A DNA stretch of 28,281 nucleotides, taken from an uncultured Acidimicrobiaceae bacterium (GTDB lineage: Bacteria; Actinomycetota; Acidimicrobiia; Spongiisociales; ZC4RG35). Position 1 is the first letter of the stretch. Each line of letters starts with the position of its first letter. This document shows, piece after piece, positions 8,394 through 17,477 of this stretch. Below the pieces are notes generated by a model. The model made no database searches. It was not told where the DNA came from and saw only the letters and a program-made list of their open reading frames with translations. The translations under genes and the position numbers were made by a program. The stretch lies in the NCBI GenBank assembly GCA_964479135.1, contig CAYZKF010000001.1, forward strand, positions 1-28,281. Reading direction: 5' to 3'.

Positions 8394-9572
8394 GTGATCG
8401 ACAACGGGGTGGTGGTGATAGAGGGCGGAGAGATCTCCTATGCCGGGGAGTCGAGTGGCGCGCCGGAGACCAACGGCGCCGCGGTCTTCACCACCGACAC
8501 CGTCATGCCCGGGATGTGGGAGTGCCACGGGCACTTCATGGGTACCCGCAGCGCCAACATCGACGAGATCCATGTCACCCGGCCGCAGATGGCGGCGATC
8601 CGGTCGGCCGTCGACGCACGCCGCGTCCTAGACGCCGGCTTCACCTCAGTGAGGGAGGTTGGCGGCCAGGGCAGTTTCCTGGCCAGGGTGATCGATGAGG
8701 GGACCATGGTCGGCCCCTCGATCTACGCCAGCGGGGGCATGCTCTCCATGACCGCCGGTCATGCCGACATCCACGACATGGACCCGGCCACAGCCCGGCA
8801 CTCGATGGCCCGCCAGTGGGGTGAGGACGGGGTGGTCGACGGACCGAACCAAGCGAGAGCCGGGGTGCGACGGATGCTTCGGCTCGGTGCTCGGGTGATC
8901 AAGATCCACGCCTCAGGTGGGGTGCTCAGCCAGCTCGACGACCCGCAGTTGCCCCAGTTCTCCAAACCCGAGCTGGAGGCGATCATCGATGAGGCATCGC
9001 GCATGGAACGAGTGGTCGCCGCCCACTGCCACGGCAAGCGGGGGATGATGGCCGCCATCGAGGCTGGCGTGAAGACCATCGAACACGGGACATTCATGGA
9101 CGAGGAAGTCGCCGACGCCATGAAGGAACGGGATGTGATCCTGGTCCCGACCCGCTGGATCGTGGACTTCCTGATGCGAGAGGGCGAGAAACGGGGAATG
9201 CCCGAGTACGCCAAGCAGAAGCTCTTCGACACCGCCGCGCAACACGCCAAGGGAATCACCCTCGCCGTGGAAAAGGGCGTCCGAATCGCCATGGGCACCG
9301 ACATCTTCGGGGCCGGGTTGTGGGGGCGGAATGCCGAGGAGTTGCCACTGCTCGTCGACTGTGGGATGGGCCCCCTCCAAGCTATCGAGGCGGCGACGGC
9401 CAACGGCCCAGACACCCTCGGGCCCCAGGCCCCCAACGCCGGGCAACTGAAAGCCGGTATGGACGCCGACGTGATCTGTGTCAACGGGGACCCTACGACC
9501 GACGTCTCGATCCTCGCCGACCCTGACAACATCACCCACGTCTGGAAGAGGGGCGAGCTGGCCAAGGGGTGA
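8394..9572 (+). CDS. Metal-dependent amidohydrolase (prolidase/Xaa-Pro dipeptidase-like subgroup)
   Basis: PGMWECHGH (HxH), GFTSVRE, IKIHASGG, AAHCHG, TIEHG, MGTD and GQLKAGMDADV. Confidence 0.9.
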   Translation: MIDNGVVVIEGGEISYAGESSGAPETNGAAVFTTDTVMPGMWECHGHFMGTRSANIDEIHVTRPQMAAIRSAVDARRVLDAGFTSVREVGGQGSFLARVIDEGTMVGPSIYASGGMLSMTAGHADIHDMDPATARHSMARQWGEDGVVDGPNQARAGVRRMLRLGARVIKIHASGGVLSQLDDPQLPQFSKPELEAIIDEASRMERVVAAHCHGKRGMMAAIEAGVKTIEHGTFMDEEVADAMKERDVILVPTRWIVDFLMREGEKRGMPEYAKQKLFDTAAQHAKGITLAVEKGVRIAMGTDIFGAGLWGRNAEELPLLVDCGMGPLQAIEAATANGPDTLGPQAPNAGQLKAGMDADVICVNGDPTTDVSILADPDNITHVWKRGELAKG

Positions 9573-9586
9573 ACTGGTGCGCCTCA

Positions 9587-9684
9587 TCGTGTGCACAACT
9601 AGACCATCACGGGTGTTCTGTGCACACGCAAGACCTCCTCGTGTGCACAACTAGACCGTCACGGGTGTTCTGTGCACACGCAAG
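9587..9684. repeat. Tandem pair of 46-bp palindromic units (period 52 bp), REP-like
   Basis: tcgtgtgcacaactagacc[a/g]tcacgggtgttctgtgcacacgcaag at 9587-9632 and 9639-9684; each unit has a 10-bp stem cgtgtgcaca/tgtgcacacg. Confidence 0.9.
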
Positions 9685-9733
9685 GAGCTCCCGTCGCCCG
9701 GACTACGTCGTGCGATCACCCCCGAAGCGGGGG

Positions 9734-10369
9734 CTAGACGAGTCGACGCTTCGAGGCCCAACGGGCGAGCTCGTGGCGGTTGGACAACTGGAGCTTGCGC
9801 AACACCGAGGAGACATGGGTCTCCACCGTCTTGATCGAGATGTCGAGCTTGCGGGCAACCTGTTTATAGGCGTAACCCCGGGCGATGAGACGCAAGACGT
9901 CTTTCTCCCGCGAGGTCAACTGGTCGAGCTCGGGATCCTCGTCACTGGGTAGGGCGCCGGCAAACGCGTCGAGGACGAACCCGGCGAGACGGGGTGAGAA
10001 CACTGCGTCTCCGGCATGGACCCGACGTACCGCATCGGCCAGATCGGGGGGCTCGATGGTCTTGGTGACATAACCTCGGGCTCCCGCCCGGATCATGGCG
10101 ATGACGTCTTCGGCCTGATCGGACACCGACAGGGCGAGAAACTTGACCTCGGGATTGGTCCCAGCGACCGACTCGATCACGGCGATCCCCCCACCATCGG
10201 GCATATGGACATCGACCAGGGCGACCTCGGGCCGGAGCCCTCTGATCTCGGCGATGGCGGTGTCGACGTCCTGAGCCGACCCGACGATGGTGAACTCCTC
10301 GGCGAGCTCCGCCTTGACCCCGGAGAGGAAGATCCGATGGTCGTCGACCAGATAGACCTTGATGCTCAT
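9734..10369 (-). CDS. NarL/LuxR-family response regulator
   Basis: LVDDH, LVDVHMP, GARGYVTK and LTSREKDVL..IARGY.YKQVA..L.IS.KTVETHVS. Confidence 0.96.
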   Translation of the reverse strand: MSIKVYLVDDHRIFLSGVKAELAEEFTIVGSAQDVDTAIAEIRGLRPEVALVDVHMPDGGGIAVIESVAGTNPEVKFLALSVSDQAEDVIAMIRAGARGYVTKTIEPPDLADAVRRVHAGDAVFSPRLAGFVLDAFAGALPSDEDPELDQLTSREKDVLRLIARGYAYKQVARKLDISIKTVETHVSSVLRKLQLSNRHELARWASKRRLV

Positions 10370-11529
10370 GGGATCAGCGGCATGGTCAGATGCACCTCGG
10401 TCCCGTCGCCGTTCTCACTGGCGATGGAGGCGGCACCACCAGCCTTCTCCACCCGCCCCATGATCGATGCGGTGATCCCCCGGCGGTCGGCGCCCACCGA
10501 TGCCGGGTCGAATCCCTTCCCCTGATCGGTGACGAATACCGCCAACCCATCCTCTCCCGCCTCGAAGTACAGCGAGATCTTCCCCGACCCCGAATGTTTG
10601 GCGGCGTTGACCATCGCCTCGGTGGCCGCCCCGATCAGTGCAGCGGTTGCCTCGTCAATCGGATGGTCTCCCACCGTCACCACTTCGACTGGAACCTGAT
10701 GGTCCTCTTCGACCCGCAATGCCGCCCTCTTCAGCGCGGTGGAGACCAGGTCCATGCCGTCCAACGGAGCGGTCCCATACAGCCAGTCGCGAAGCTCGGT
10801 CTCTTGATGTCTGGCCAGCATGGTCATCTTGGCCGGGTCGTCAGAACGCTGGATCAGGGCGAGAGTCTGGAGCACCGAGTCGTGGAGGTGGGCGGCGACC
10901 TCGGCCCGCTCCTCCTGGCGGATCCTCTCTCCCCGCTCACGGGCAAGATCGTGGAGCAACCGGCGCACCAGGGGTCCAAAGGCGACGAGCACCCCCAGAG
11001 CGGTCAGGGTGACGGCGATGAACACCGAGGCAACCTCGAACACCGGGCCCACCGCCGAGGCGAAGATGGTGAGACCAGCGACCAGGAGCCCGACCCCCAA
11101 TATCACCCGGGCCCGTCCCGGGCGATCCACCCCGGGATCGATGAGGGCGGCCAGGGGCCGGGGTGTGCTCCGATCGGTGAGGGCAGCGGCCCCGAAGGCG
11201 AGAGTGGCCATGGTCAACACCACCACCGGCGACGGCCACCAACCCAGCACTCCGACCAGAGACATGAAACCGACAAAGGCCAACGCCAGCCCGGCGCGCT
11301 GTGAGGTCTCCACCCGGCGCGGCTCTCGATCCTCCACCCGGTCATAGGAGTAGAGCCACAACCCGGCGTAGACCAGCCCTCCCAGTCCCCACACCGTGGC
11401 CAGGGTGAGAAACGCCGCCCTCACATAAGGCGCTCCGACACCGAGTGCGTCGGCGGCACCTCCGGCCACCCCGGCGATCATCCGGTCGGTGCTCCTCCGG
11501 CTCAAGTCGAACGATGGGGGTGATGTCAC
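10366..11529 (-). CDS. PspC-domain membrane sensor histidine kinase (HisKA_3 type)
   Basis: N-terminal RRSTDRMIAGVAGG (PspC), AHLHDSVLQTL H-box, EAMVNAAKHS and DQGKGFD; likely GTG start at 11529. Confidence 0.92.
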   Translation of the reverse strand: MTSPPSFDLSRRSTDRMIAGVAGGAADALGVGAPYVRAAFLTLATVWGLGGLVYAGLWLYSYDRVEDREPRRVETSQRAGLALAFVGFMSLVGVLGWWPSPVVVLTMATLAFGAAALTDRSTPRPLAALIDPGVDRPGRARVILGVGLLVAGLTIFASAVGPVFEVASVFIAVTLTALGVLVAFGPLVRRLLHDLARERGERIRQEERAEVAAHLHDSVLQTLALIQRSDDPAKMTMLARHQETELRDWLYGTAPLDGMDLVSTALKRAALRVEEDHQVPVEVVTVGDHPIDEATAALIGAATEAMVNAAKHSGSGKISLYFEAGEDGLAVFVTDQGKGFDPASVGADRRGITASIMGRVEKAGGAASIASENGDGTEVHLTMPLIP

Positions 11530-11564
11530 CCGGCAATCATGCCCCAGAGGAGCCCCGGGCTCAA

Positions 11565-11613
11565 TCGGGGAAGGCCCCGACTCGTATCGGGGGCCGGTCA
11601 GGGACATCCCCGA
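11565..11613. promoter_or_regulatory. Phased 16-bp palindromes between the divergent PspC genes (putative response-regulator sites)
   Basis: TCGGGG-aagg-CCCCGA (11565-11580), half-site TCGGGG (11587) and TCAGGG-acat-CCCCGA (11598-11613). Confidence 0.6.
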
Positions 11614-11640
11614 TGGCAAAAGGCCCGGCAATGCGGCTCA

Positions 11641-12870
11641 ATGGCGGACATGGAACAACAGACAGAAACCACCGCGACGGAGCCAACCCCATTTACGGGA
11701 ACACCGGAGTTGGTCAGACCCCTCGAGGGCCGAATGATCGCCGGCGTCGCCCGGGGCCTGGCCAACCGATTCCAGATAACCGATTGGGTCCTCCGGGTCT
11801 TCTTCGTGGTCACCTCGGTTTTCGGTGGTCTCGGCATCATCCTCTACCTCTCCGGATGGGCGTTGATCAGGTCGGAAGACGAGACAGAACCGCCGGCAGC
11901 GAGATTCTTCTCCCGGGCAGGTACCGCCAGATCGTGGGTGGGAATCGGCTTGATCTTCCTGGCCTCACTAGTCATCCTCGACCAGTTCACTTTTCTGACC
12001 AGCGGGGTGATGTGGGCTGGGGCGCTCCTCGTCCTCGGGGTTCTTCTGTATGCGGGTGTCATCCCCATGCCTGGAGCGGGTGGTGGGGATGTTGGCGAGG
12101 CACCGGACGCCAACGCTGCCACCGGCTCCAATGTCGCCCCAAGAACGTCCGCTGACCCTGTGCCGACTCCCCAACTCAACCCGCCTTCACCTCCACCTCC
12201 ACCTACCAGGACACCGCCGATACTTCCCCCGGTGGCGGCAACGCCCAAGGAGCGGTCGATCCTGGGTCGGTTGACCATCGGGGTCATGATGCTGGCCCTC
12301 GGCGTCCTGGCCATGCTCGACATCTTGCCCGGAGTGGGTATCGACGCTCGACCCCGTCATTACCTGGCACTAGCCACGGTGGTCCTCGGTCTCGGGCTCC
12401 TCGTCGGATCGTTGTGGGGTCGGGCGCGGTGGCTGATCGTGGTCGGGATGATCCTGGTGCCCACCCTGTTGTTCTCCCCGGTGATGGAACGCGACTGGGG
12501 CACAGTTCGCTGGAACACCCGGGTGACCCCCACCAGCTTCGAGACCGTCGAAGACTCCTACAACATCGAGGTGGGACGTCTCGTCATCGACCTGACCCAA
12601 CTCCCCTGGGATGGCGAGGAGATCACGATCTCGGCTGGAGCCGAGGTGGGCCGGATCGTCATCTGGGTCCCCAACGACGTCGGAGTGAGCGGGTTAATCA
12701 CTGTGGACGTCGGTTCGGTCCGTTCGGCCAGACGCGGCGACTCCGCGGTCGGTCTCGGTTCACCCCGGGTGGTCATCGACGATCCGGGGCCCGCCGGACT
12801 CCTCCACCTGGACGCCCGAGTCAGTGTCGGTGCCATACACGTCCACGACGTCCAGAGCGTCAATCGTTAG
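11641..12870 (+). CDS. PspC-domain membrane protein with Pro-rich linker and C-terminal LiaF/DUF2154-like domain
   Basis: LVRPLEGRMIAGVARGLA..F (PspC), multiple TMs, PPSPPPPP linker and VGRLVIDLT..VGRIVIWVP. Confidence 0.88.
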   Translation: MADMEQQTETTATEPTPFTGTPELVRPLEGRMIAGVARGLANRFQITDWVLRVFFVVTSVFGGLGIILYLSGWALIRSEDETEPPAARFFSRAGTARSWVGIGLIFLASLVILDQFTFLTSGVMWAGALLVLGVLLYAGVIPMPGAGGGDVGEAPDANAATGSNVAPRTSADPVPTPQLNPPSPPPPPTRTPPILPPVAATPKERSILGRLTIGVMMLALGVLAMLDILPGVGIDARPRHYLALATVVLGLGLLVGSLWGRARWLIVVGMILVPTLLFSPVMERDWGTVRWNTRVTPTSFETVEDSYNIEVGRLVIDLTQLPWDGEEITISAGAEVGRIVIWVPNDVGVSGLITVDVGSVRSARRGDSAVGLGSPRVVIDDPGPAGLLHLDARVSVGAIHVHDVQSVNR

Positions 12871-12881
12871 GAGACGAGATC

Positions 12882-13103
12882 ATGAAACTGCACGAGTTCG
12901 ACACCCTCTCGTTCATCGCCGGTCTGCTCACCACCGCATTCGGGTTGCTCTTCCTGATCCCGGCAGCGACCGACGATCTGATCGGCATGGCCACACGTTT
13001 CGCCGTCTGGATCTGGCCGGTCCTCTTCCTGGTCATCGGGGTCGCCATCCTGGTCCCTACCCTCATCCGAAAGGACGACCGCGACCAGGATCACAAGACC
13101 TGA
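12882..13103 (+). CDS. Small 2-TM membrane protein of the PspC cluster (73 aa)
   Basis: AGGAG RBS and ATG 12882; MKLHEFDTLSFIAGLL...WIWPVLFLVIGVAILV. Confidence 0.8.
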   Translation: MKLHEFDTLSFIAGLLTTAFGLLFLIPAATDDLIGMATRFAVWIWPVLFLVIGVAILVPTLIRKDDRDQDHKT

Positions 13104-13876
13104 GGCTCCTCCCTGATCGCCTGATAGACCGAACGGAGGGCAATGGCCAGGATGCTCACCCCGAACACCTGGGAGAGAGCCCGACTGGAAAGTGCCAACG
13201 CCGACCTCGAGCCGATCAGCGAGCCGAAGGCTCCTCCGACACCAAGGGCCAAGCCGTCCTTGAGCAGCACCCTCCCGTTGCGAAGGTTGACCAGGGTTGC
13301 TGAAAGCGCGGTGAACACGATGGCCAGCAGCGAGGTCCCCTGGGCCTCATGCTGGGTGAGACCGAGGAGGAACACCGACGCCGGGACGATGACCAAACCT
13401 CCCCCGACTCCGGCGATACCGGCGATGAACCCAGCACCCACTCCGACCAGGACACCCACCAGGATCTCGGCGAAGCCCTCCATCCCGGGAACTTCGCCAT
13501 TGGGGCTTCCCCCGACTATCAGTCGGACCGAGACGGCGAGCAGGGCCAGGCTGAAGACGAGACGAATCATCTTGGGGCTGGAGCGATGCATCACCTGGGC
13601 CCCGATGGCCGAGCCGATGATCCCACCGATGCCGATCACGATCCCCAGATAGAGGTCGACCTCACCGGAGACCCCGAAGGAGACCGCCCCGACCAGGGCG
13701 ATGAGGAAGATGGCGGCGAGCGAAGTGGCATGGGCCCGGTGACGGTCGAACCCGAGAACCGCCAGGAGGGGAACCATGATGAAACCCCCACCGAGGCCGA
13801 GGCCCCCGCCCAAAGCGCCTCCTATGATCCCCACCAGCACCAATCGCCAGGGGTCGATTTGTCTGGCGAAGGGCAC
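13091..13876 (-). CDS. Sulfite exporter TauE/SafE-family permease
   Basis: Duplicated GLGGGFIMVP/GVGGGLVIVP motifs and AHATSLA/AQGTSLL. Confidence 0.92.
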   Translation of the reverse strand: MPFARQIDPWRLVLVGIIGGALGGGLGLGGGFIMVPLLAVLGFDRHRAHATSLAAIFLIALVGAVSFGVSGEVDLYLGIVIGIGGIIGSAIGAQVMHRSSPKMIRLVFSLALLAVSVRLIVGGSPNGEVPGMEGFAEILVGVLVGVGAGFIAGIAGVGGGLVIVPASVFLLGLTQHEAQGTSLLAIVFTALSATLVNLRNGRVLLKDGLALGVGGAFGSLIGSRSALALSSRALSQVFGVSILAIALRSVYQAIREEPQVL

Positions 13877-13962
13877 GCCCAGAGGATAGAGCCGACGCCG
13901 ATGGCTCCCGGTATGTTGAGCTAACGTCCCAGGTCACCACGCCAACTTTCACTACATCGCCG

Positions 13963-15660
13963 ATGGTGGCGGTAAACGCCGATGTGGTCGGGTTCAGCAG
14001 TCTCATGGCCGAGGATCCCCAAGCCACGGCTAGCGCCATCGAATCACACCGTCGGCTTGTCGAGCAGAAGGTCGCCGAGAGCGGAGGGATCCTGGTCAAT
14101 TTTGTCGGCGACAGCTTCATGGCGCTGTTTCCGGACCCGGCCCAGGCACTTCGGGCCTCGATCGCCATCTCTTCCGACGTCGAGGCCGACAATGCCGACA
14201 AAGCCCGTCACCAATGGGTGCGCTTTCGCATCGGCATCGACCAGGGCGATGTCACCCGGGCCGGAAGCGAATACCTGGGTGACGCCCTCAATGTCGCGGC
14301 ACGAATCCAGGAGAGAGCCCGACCAGGCGGGATCAGCGTGTCAGGCAGTGTGTTCCGTGCACTCGACGAGCCCGAGCTGAGATTTCGCTCCACGGGGCGT
14401 CACCGACTCAAGAACATCCCCGAGTCAGTGGAGGTGTTCGACTTCGCCGACCTCCCCAGTGACAATTCCCTGACTGACCGCCGGCGGACCACGCACCTCA
14501 CACTGGCGACCCCGACCATCGTCGTGCTCCCGATACACAACGACAAGGCGACCCCATCGGTGCAGGCAGCCTCGGACGTGATCCGTTCCGACCTGGTCCA
14601 CAGGCTCAGCGCCATCCCCCGTCTCCAGGTGATCGACGCCGGTGTCGGCGGTCATGAGAACCTCGCTCCCGCCCAATACATGCTGGAAACGGGAGTGCTG
14701 CTAATCGGCGACGTGGTTCGGGTCTACGCCAAGATTCTCTACACCGCGACGATGAACGTCGTCACGTCCCACAAGTGGTCGACCACCGTGGACGAGATGC
14801 TCTTGATCTCCGACGAGATCGCTGAGGAGGTAGCCCGGGTGATCGGAATCGAACTCATCCTCGGTGAGCAGGCGCGGCTTTACGCCGACGTCGCCAGTCC
14901 CGAATCGGTAGGCAAGCTCTATCAGGGGTGGTATCACCTGACCGCCGAGAACCCTCAGGATTGGCGGCGGGCAGTCGACCTGTTCGACGACGTCGCCCGT
15001 TCCCAGCCGGACGAGCCGTTCGGCCCCACCCTGGCCGCCTTCGCCAAGTGGCTCGGTGCCTCCGAAGGCTACGCCGATGACCCCGAAGCCCTCTTCGATG
15101 AGGCCTTCGATCAGGCCTCGGCGGTAGCTGAGATTGGTGACCCAACCGGTCTCGCCCACATGATCCAGGGCGCGGTCTACATGAGCCGGGGTCAAACCGA
15201 CAGGGCCCTCGAAGTGATCGGGGAGGCCCATATAACCAGGCCGACCTGCGATGTGACCTACGCCGTGGAGGGGAGTGTCCGCCGCTACCTCGGCGAATGG
15301 GAGAAGGCGGTGGATCTGACGGAGACTGCGATGCGTCTCAGCGTGGTCACCCCACCCTGGTATGCCACCGTCCAGGCCTGCTCACTCTTCATGGGGGGAC
15401 GTCTCGACATGGCGGCAGCCACCGCCGAAGAAGTGATCGAGCACTCCCCCAACAGTCTCGAGGCTCTTCTCGTCCTGGTGGCATCCCAGACCGAAATGGG
15501 GTTGGAGCGCAGGGCCCGTGCGACCGCAGAGACCATCCGGGAACGCTTTCCCGCGGTCGATGTCGACCAGTGGCTGACACGTCACCCGTTCACCGACCCG
15601 GGCATGGTCGACAGATGGCGCGCCGACCTGAAGAGCGTCGGTCTGGTAACCGCAGAATGA
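13963..15660 (+). CDS. Class III adenylate/guanylate cyclase domain + TolB-like linker + TPR-like helical region
   Basis: ADVVGFS, FVGDSFM, RIGIDQGDV, LGDALNVAARIQ and G..RLKNIPE. Confidence 0.85.
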   Translation: MVAVNADVVGFSSLMAEDPQATASAIESHRRLVEQKVAESGGILVNFVGDSFMALFPDPAQALRASIAISSDVEADNADKARHQWVRFRIGIDQGDVTRAGSEYLGDALNVAARIQERARPGGISVSGSVFRALDEPELRFRSTGRHRLKNIPESVEVFDFADLPSDNSLTDRRRTTHLTLATPTIVVLPIHNDKATPSVQAASDVIRSDLVHRLSAIPRLQVIDAGVGGHENLAPAQYMLETGVLLIGDVVRVYAKILYTATMNVVTSHKWSTTVDEMLLISDEIAEEVARVIGIELILGEQARLYADVASPESVGKLYQGWYHLTAENPQDWRRAVDLFDDVARSQPDEPFGPTLAAFAKWLGASEGYADDPEALFDEAFDQASAVAEIGDPTGLAHMIQGAVYMSRGQTDRALEVIGEAHITRPTCDVTYAVEGSVRRYLGEWEKAVDLTETAMRLSVVTPPWYATVQACSLFMGGRLDMAAATAEEVIEHSPNSLEALLVLVASQTEMGLERRARATAETIRERFPAVDVDQWLTRHPFTDPGMVDRWRADLKSVGLVTAE

Positions 15661-15964
15661 CTCGTGAACCAAAATCGGAACCAACAAGTCCCGCAGCCTT
15701 CCACATCTCTTCTACCAGGCACAACTGTGCTTGGTGCGGCCGGTCCGCCTGACGGCGGGCAGGAGGTTCCCCTGCTCACCAGATGACGATGAGTCCTTCC
15801 TAGTGGTCTGTCGGTCAAATAGGGCGCGCGGAGCTCCGAGCCATCAAGGTCATCTGGCAAGGAGAAGCGCGCAGTCGCACCCGGGGAGGTGCGGCGAGCA
15901 CTTCGACGCAGCCAGGGGCTTTGAGGGCCGGAGACACGCCGTCAGTATTTTGGGCGACGGGCCA

Positions 15965-17401
15965 CTAGCCGAGGCCGCCGAAATAACGGGTCTTGGGCTC
16001 GACGTACTCCAGGATCCCTTCCGATCCCGACTCCCGCCCCAGGCCGGACTGCTTCATTCCCCCGAAAGGGGCCTCCGGTGTGCTGGGGAACCAGTCGTTG
16101 ATCCCGATCAACCCGAACTCGAGCTCTTCGGAGACCTTGAAGGCGGTGGCCAGGTCTCGGGTGTAGACATAAGCGGCCAGGCCGTAGTCGGTGGCGTTGG
16201 CCTGGGCGATCGCGGCATCGACGTCTTCAAAGGGGATGACCGGCATCACCGGCCCGAAGATCTCCTCGTTGTGCACAGGGACCTCCGGAGTGATGTCGGT
16301 GATCACCGTCGGTTGGTAGAAATACCCGGGACCCTCTCCCCTGGCTCCCCCGACCAGGACCCGAGCACCCTGGTCGACACTCGCCGAGACCAGGCTCTCC
16401 ACCCGGTCTCGCTGACGGGCGTTGATCAACGGCCCTACGGTGGTGTCCGGGTCGAGGCCATTGCCCAAGACCTGACGCTGAGCGGTGGCCACCGCTACAT
16501 CGGTGAACTCGTCGGCGATGGCCTCGTGCACATAGAACCGCTGGGGGGCGATGCAAACCTGACCGTTGTTGCGGACCTTGGTCACCATCCCGCTCTTGGC
16601 CACCGCGGCGATGTCCCCTGCGTCGGGGAAAACCAGGACCGGCGCATTGCCGCCCAACTCGAGTGACAGGCGGGTGACGGTGCGCGACGCCCCGTCCATT
16701 AGAAGGCGACCCACCCGGGTCGACCCGGTGAATTGGATCTTTTTCACCCGCTTGTCGTCCAGCATCACCTGGCCCATCGACTCGGGATCGCCGTTGATCA
16801 CATTGAGCACCCCCGGGGGCAGGCCCGCCTCGACGAAGGCGTGGCCGATCAGCATCGCCGAACGAGGGGTGTACTCCGAGGGCCGGGCCACCACGGTGCA
16901 TCCCACGGCCAGCGCCGAGGAGATCGCCCTCATCTGGTTGTAAACCGGGAAGTTCCATGCGGTGATCACCCCGACCACACCCATGGGCTGATAGGTGACG
17001 TCGATCCGCCGACCCGACACCCGCGACGGGATCCAACGCCCGTTGAGCCGCTGTGCCTCCCCGGCCGCCCAACGGAGTTGGTTGGGGGCTCCCACCCACT
17101 CGGCTCGGGCCTGGGCGAAGGGCTTTCCCGACTCCTCGGTGGTGGTAGCGGCCATCTCGTCGAGATGTGACTCGATGTAGTCGGCAGCCCCTTCGAGGAC
17201 ACTTCCCCGCTGGTAGGCGGTCAGATGTGACCACTCGGGGAACGCATCCGCTGCCGCATCGACGGCCGCGGTGGCATCTGCGGCGTCCCCGAACGGAACC
17301 TGTTGGATCACCTGTTCGGTGGCCGGGTTGACCAGGTCCCAGGTGCCTCCCCCGCTGGCGTCCATCCACTTGCCCCCGACGAGCTGTTTGAAGTCGATCA
17401 T
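15965..17401 (-). CDS. NAD(P)-dependent aldehyde dehydrogenase, succinate-semialdehyde dehydrogenase-like
   Basis: ITAWNFP, FTGSTRVG, LELGGNAP, GQVCIAP, EEIFGPV and PFGGMKQSGLGRE. Confidence 0.93.
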   Translation of the reverse strand: MIDFKQLVGGKWMDASGGGTWDLVNPATEQVIQQVPFGDAADATAAVDAAADAFPEWSHLTAYQRGSVLEGAADYIESHLDEMAATTTEESGKPFAQARAEWVGAPNQLRWAAGEAQRLNGRWIPSRVSGRRIDVTYQPMGVVGVITAWNFPVYNQMRAISSALAVGCTVVARPSEYTPRSAMLIGHAFVEAGLPPGVLNVINGDPESMGQVMLDDKRVKKIQFTGSTRVGRLLMDGASRTVTRLSLELGGNAPVLVFPDAGDIAAVAKSGMVTKVRNNGQVCIAPQRFYVHEAIADEFTDVAVATAQRQVLGNGLDPDTTVGPLINARQRDRVESLVSASVDQGARVLVGGARGEGPGYFYQPTVITDITPEVPVHNEEIFGPVMPVIPFEDVDAAIAQANATDYGLAAYVYTRDLATAFKVSEELEFGLIGINDWFPSTPEAPFGGMKQSGLGRESGSEGILEYVEPKTRYFGGLG

Positions 17402-17477
17402 GGGCCAACCGTATCAGCGCCCGACTCCTCACCGCTGCATGCCTACAGCATCCGCCTGTTCTTGACGAATAACTCTC

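Noticed and set aside
9587-9684. CRISPR array
   Set aside because: Only two 46-bp units with a 6-nt spacer and no cas genes
15781-15812. Hammerhead-like GATGAGTCC segment
   Set aside because: It lacks the CUGAUGA core and the downstream GAAA
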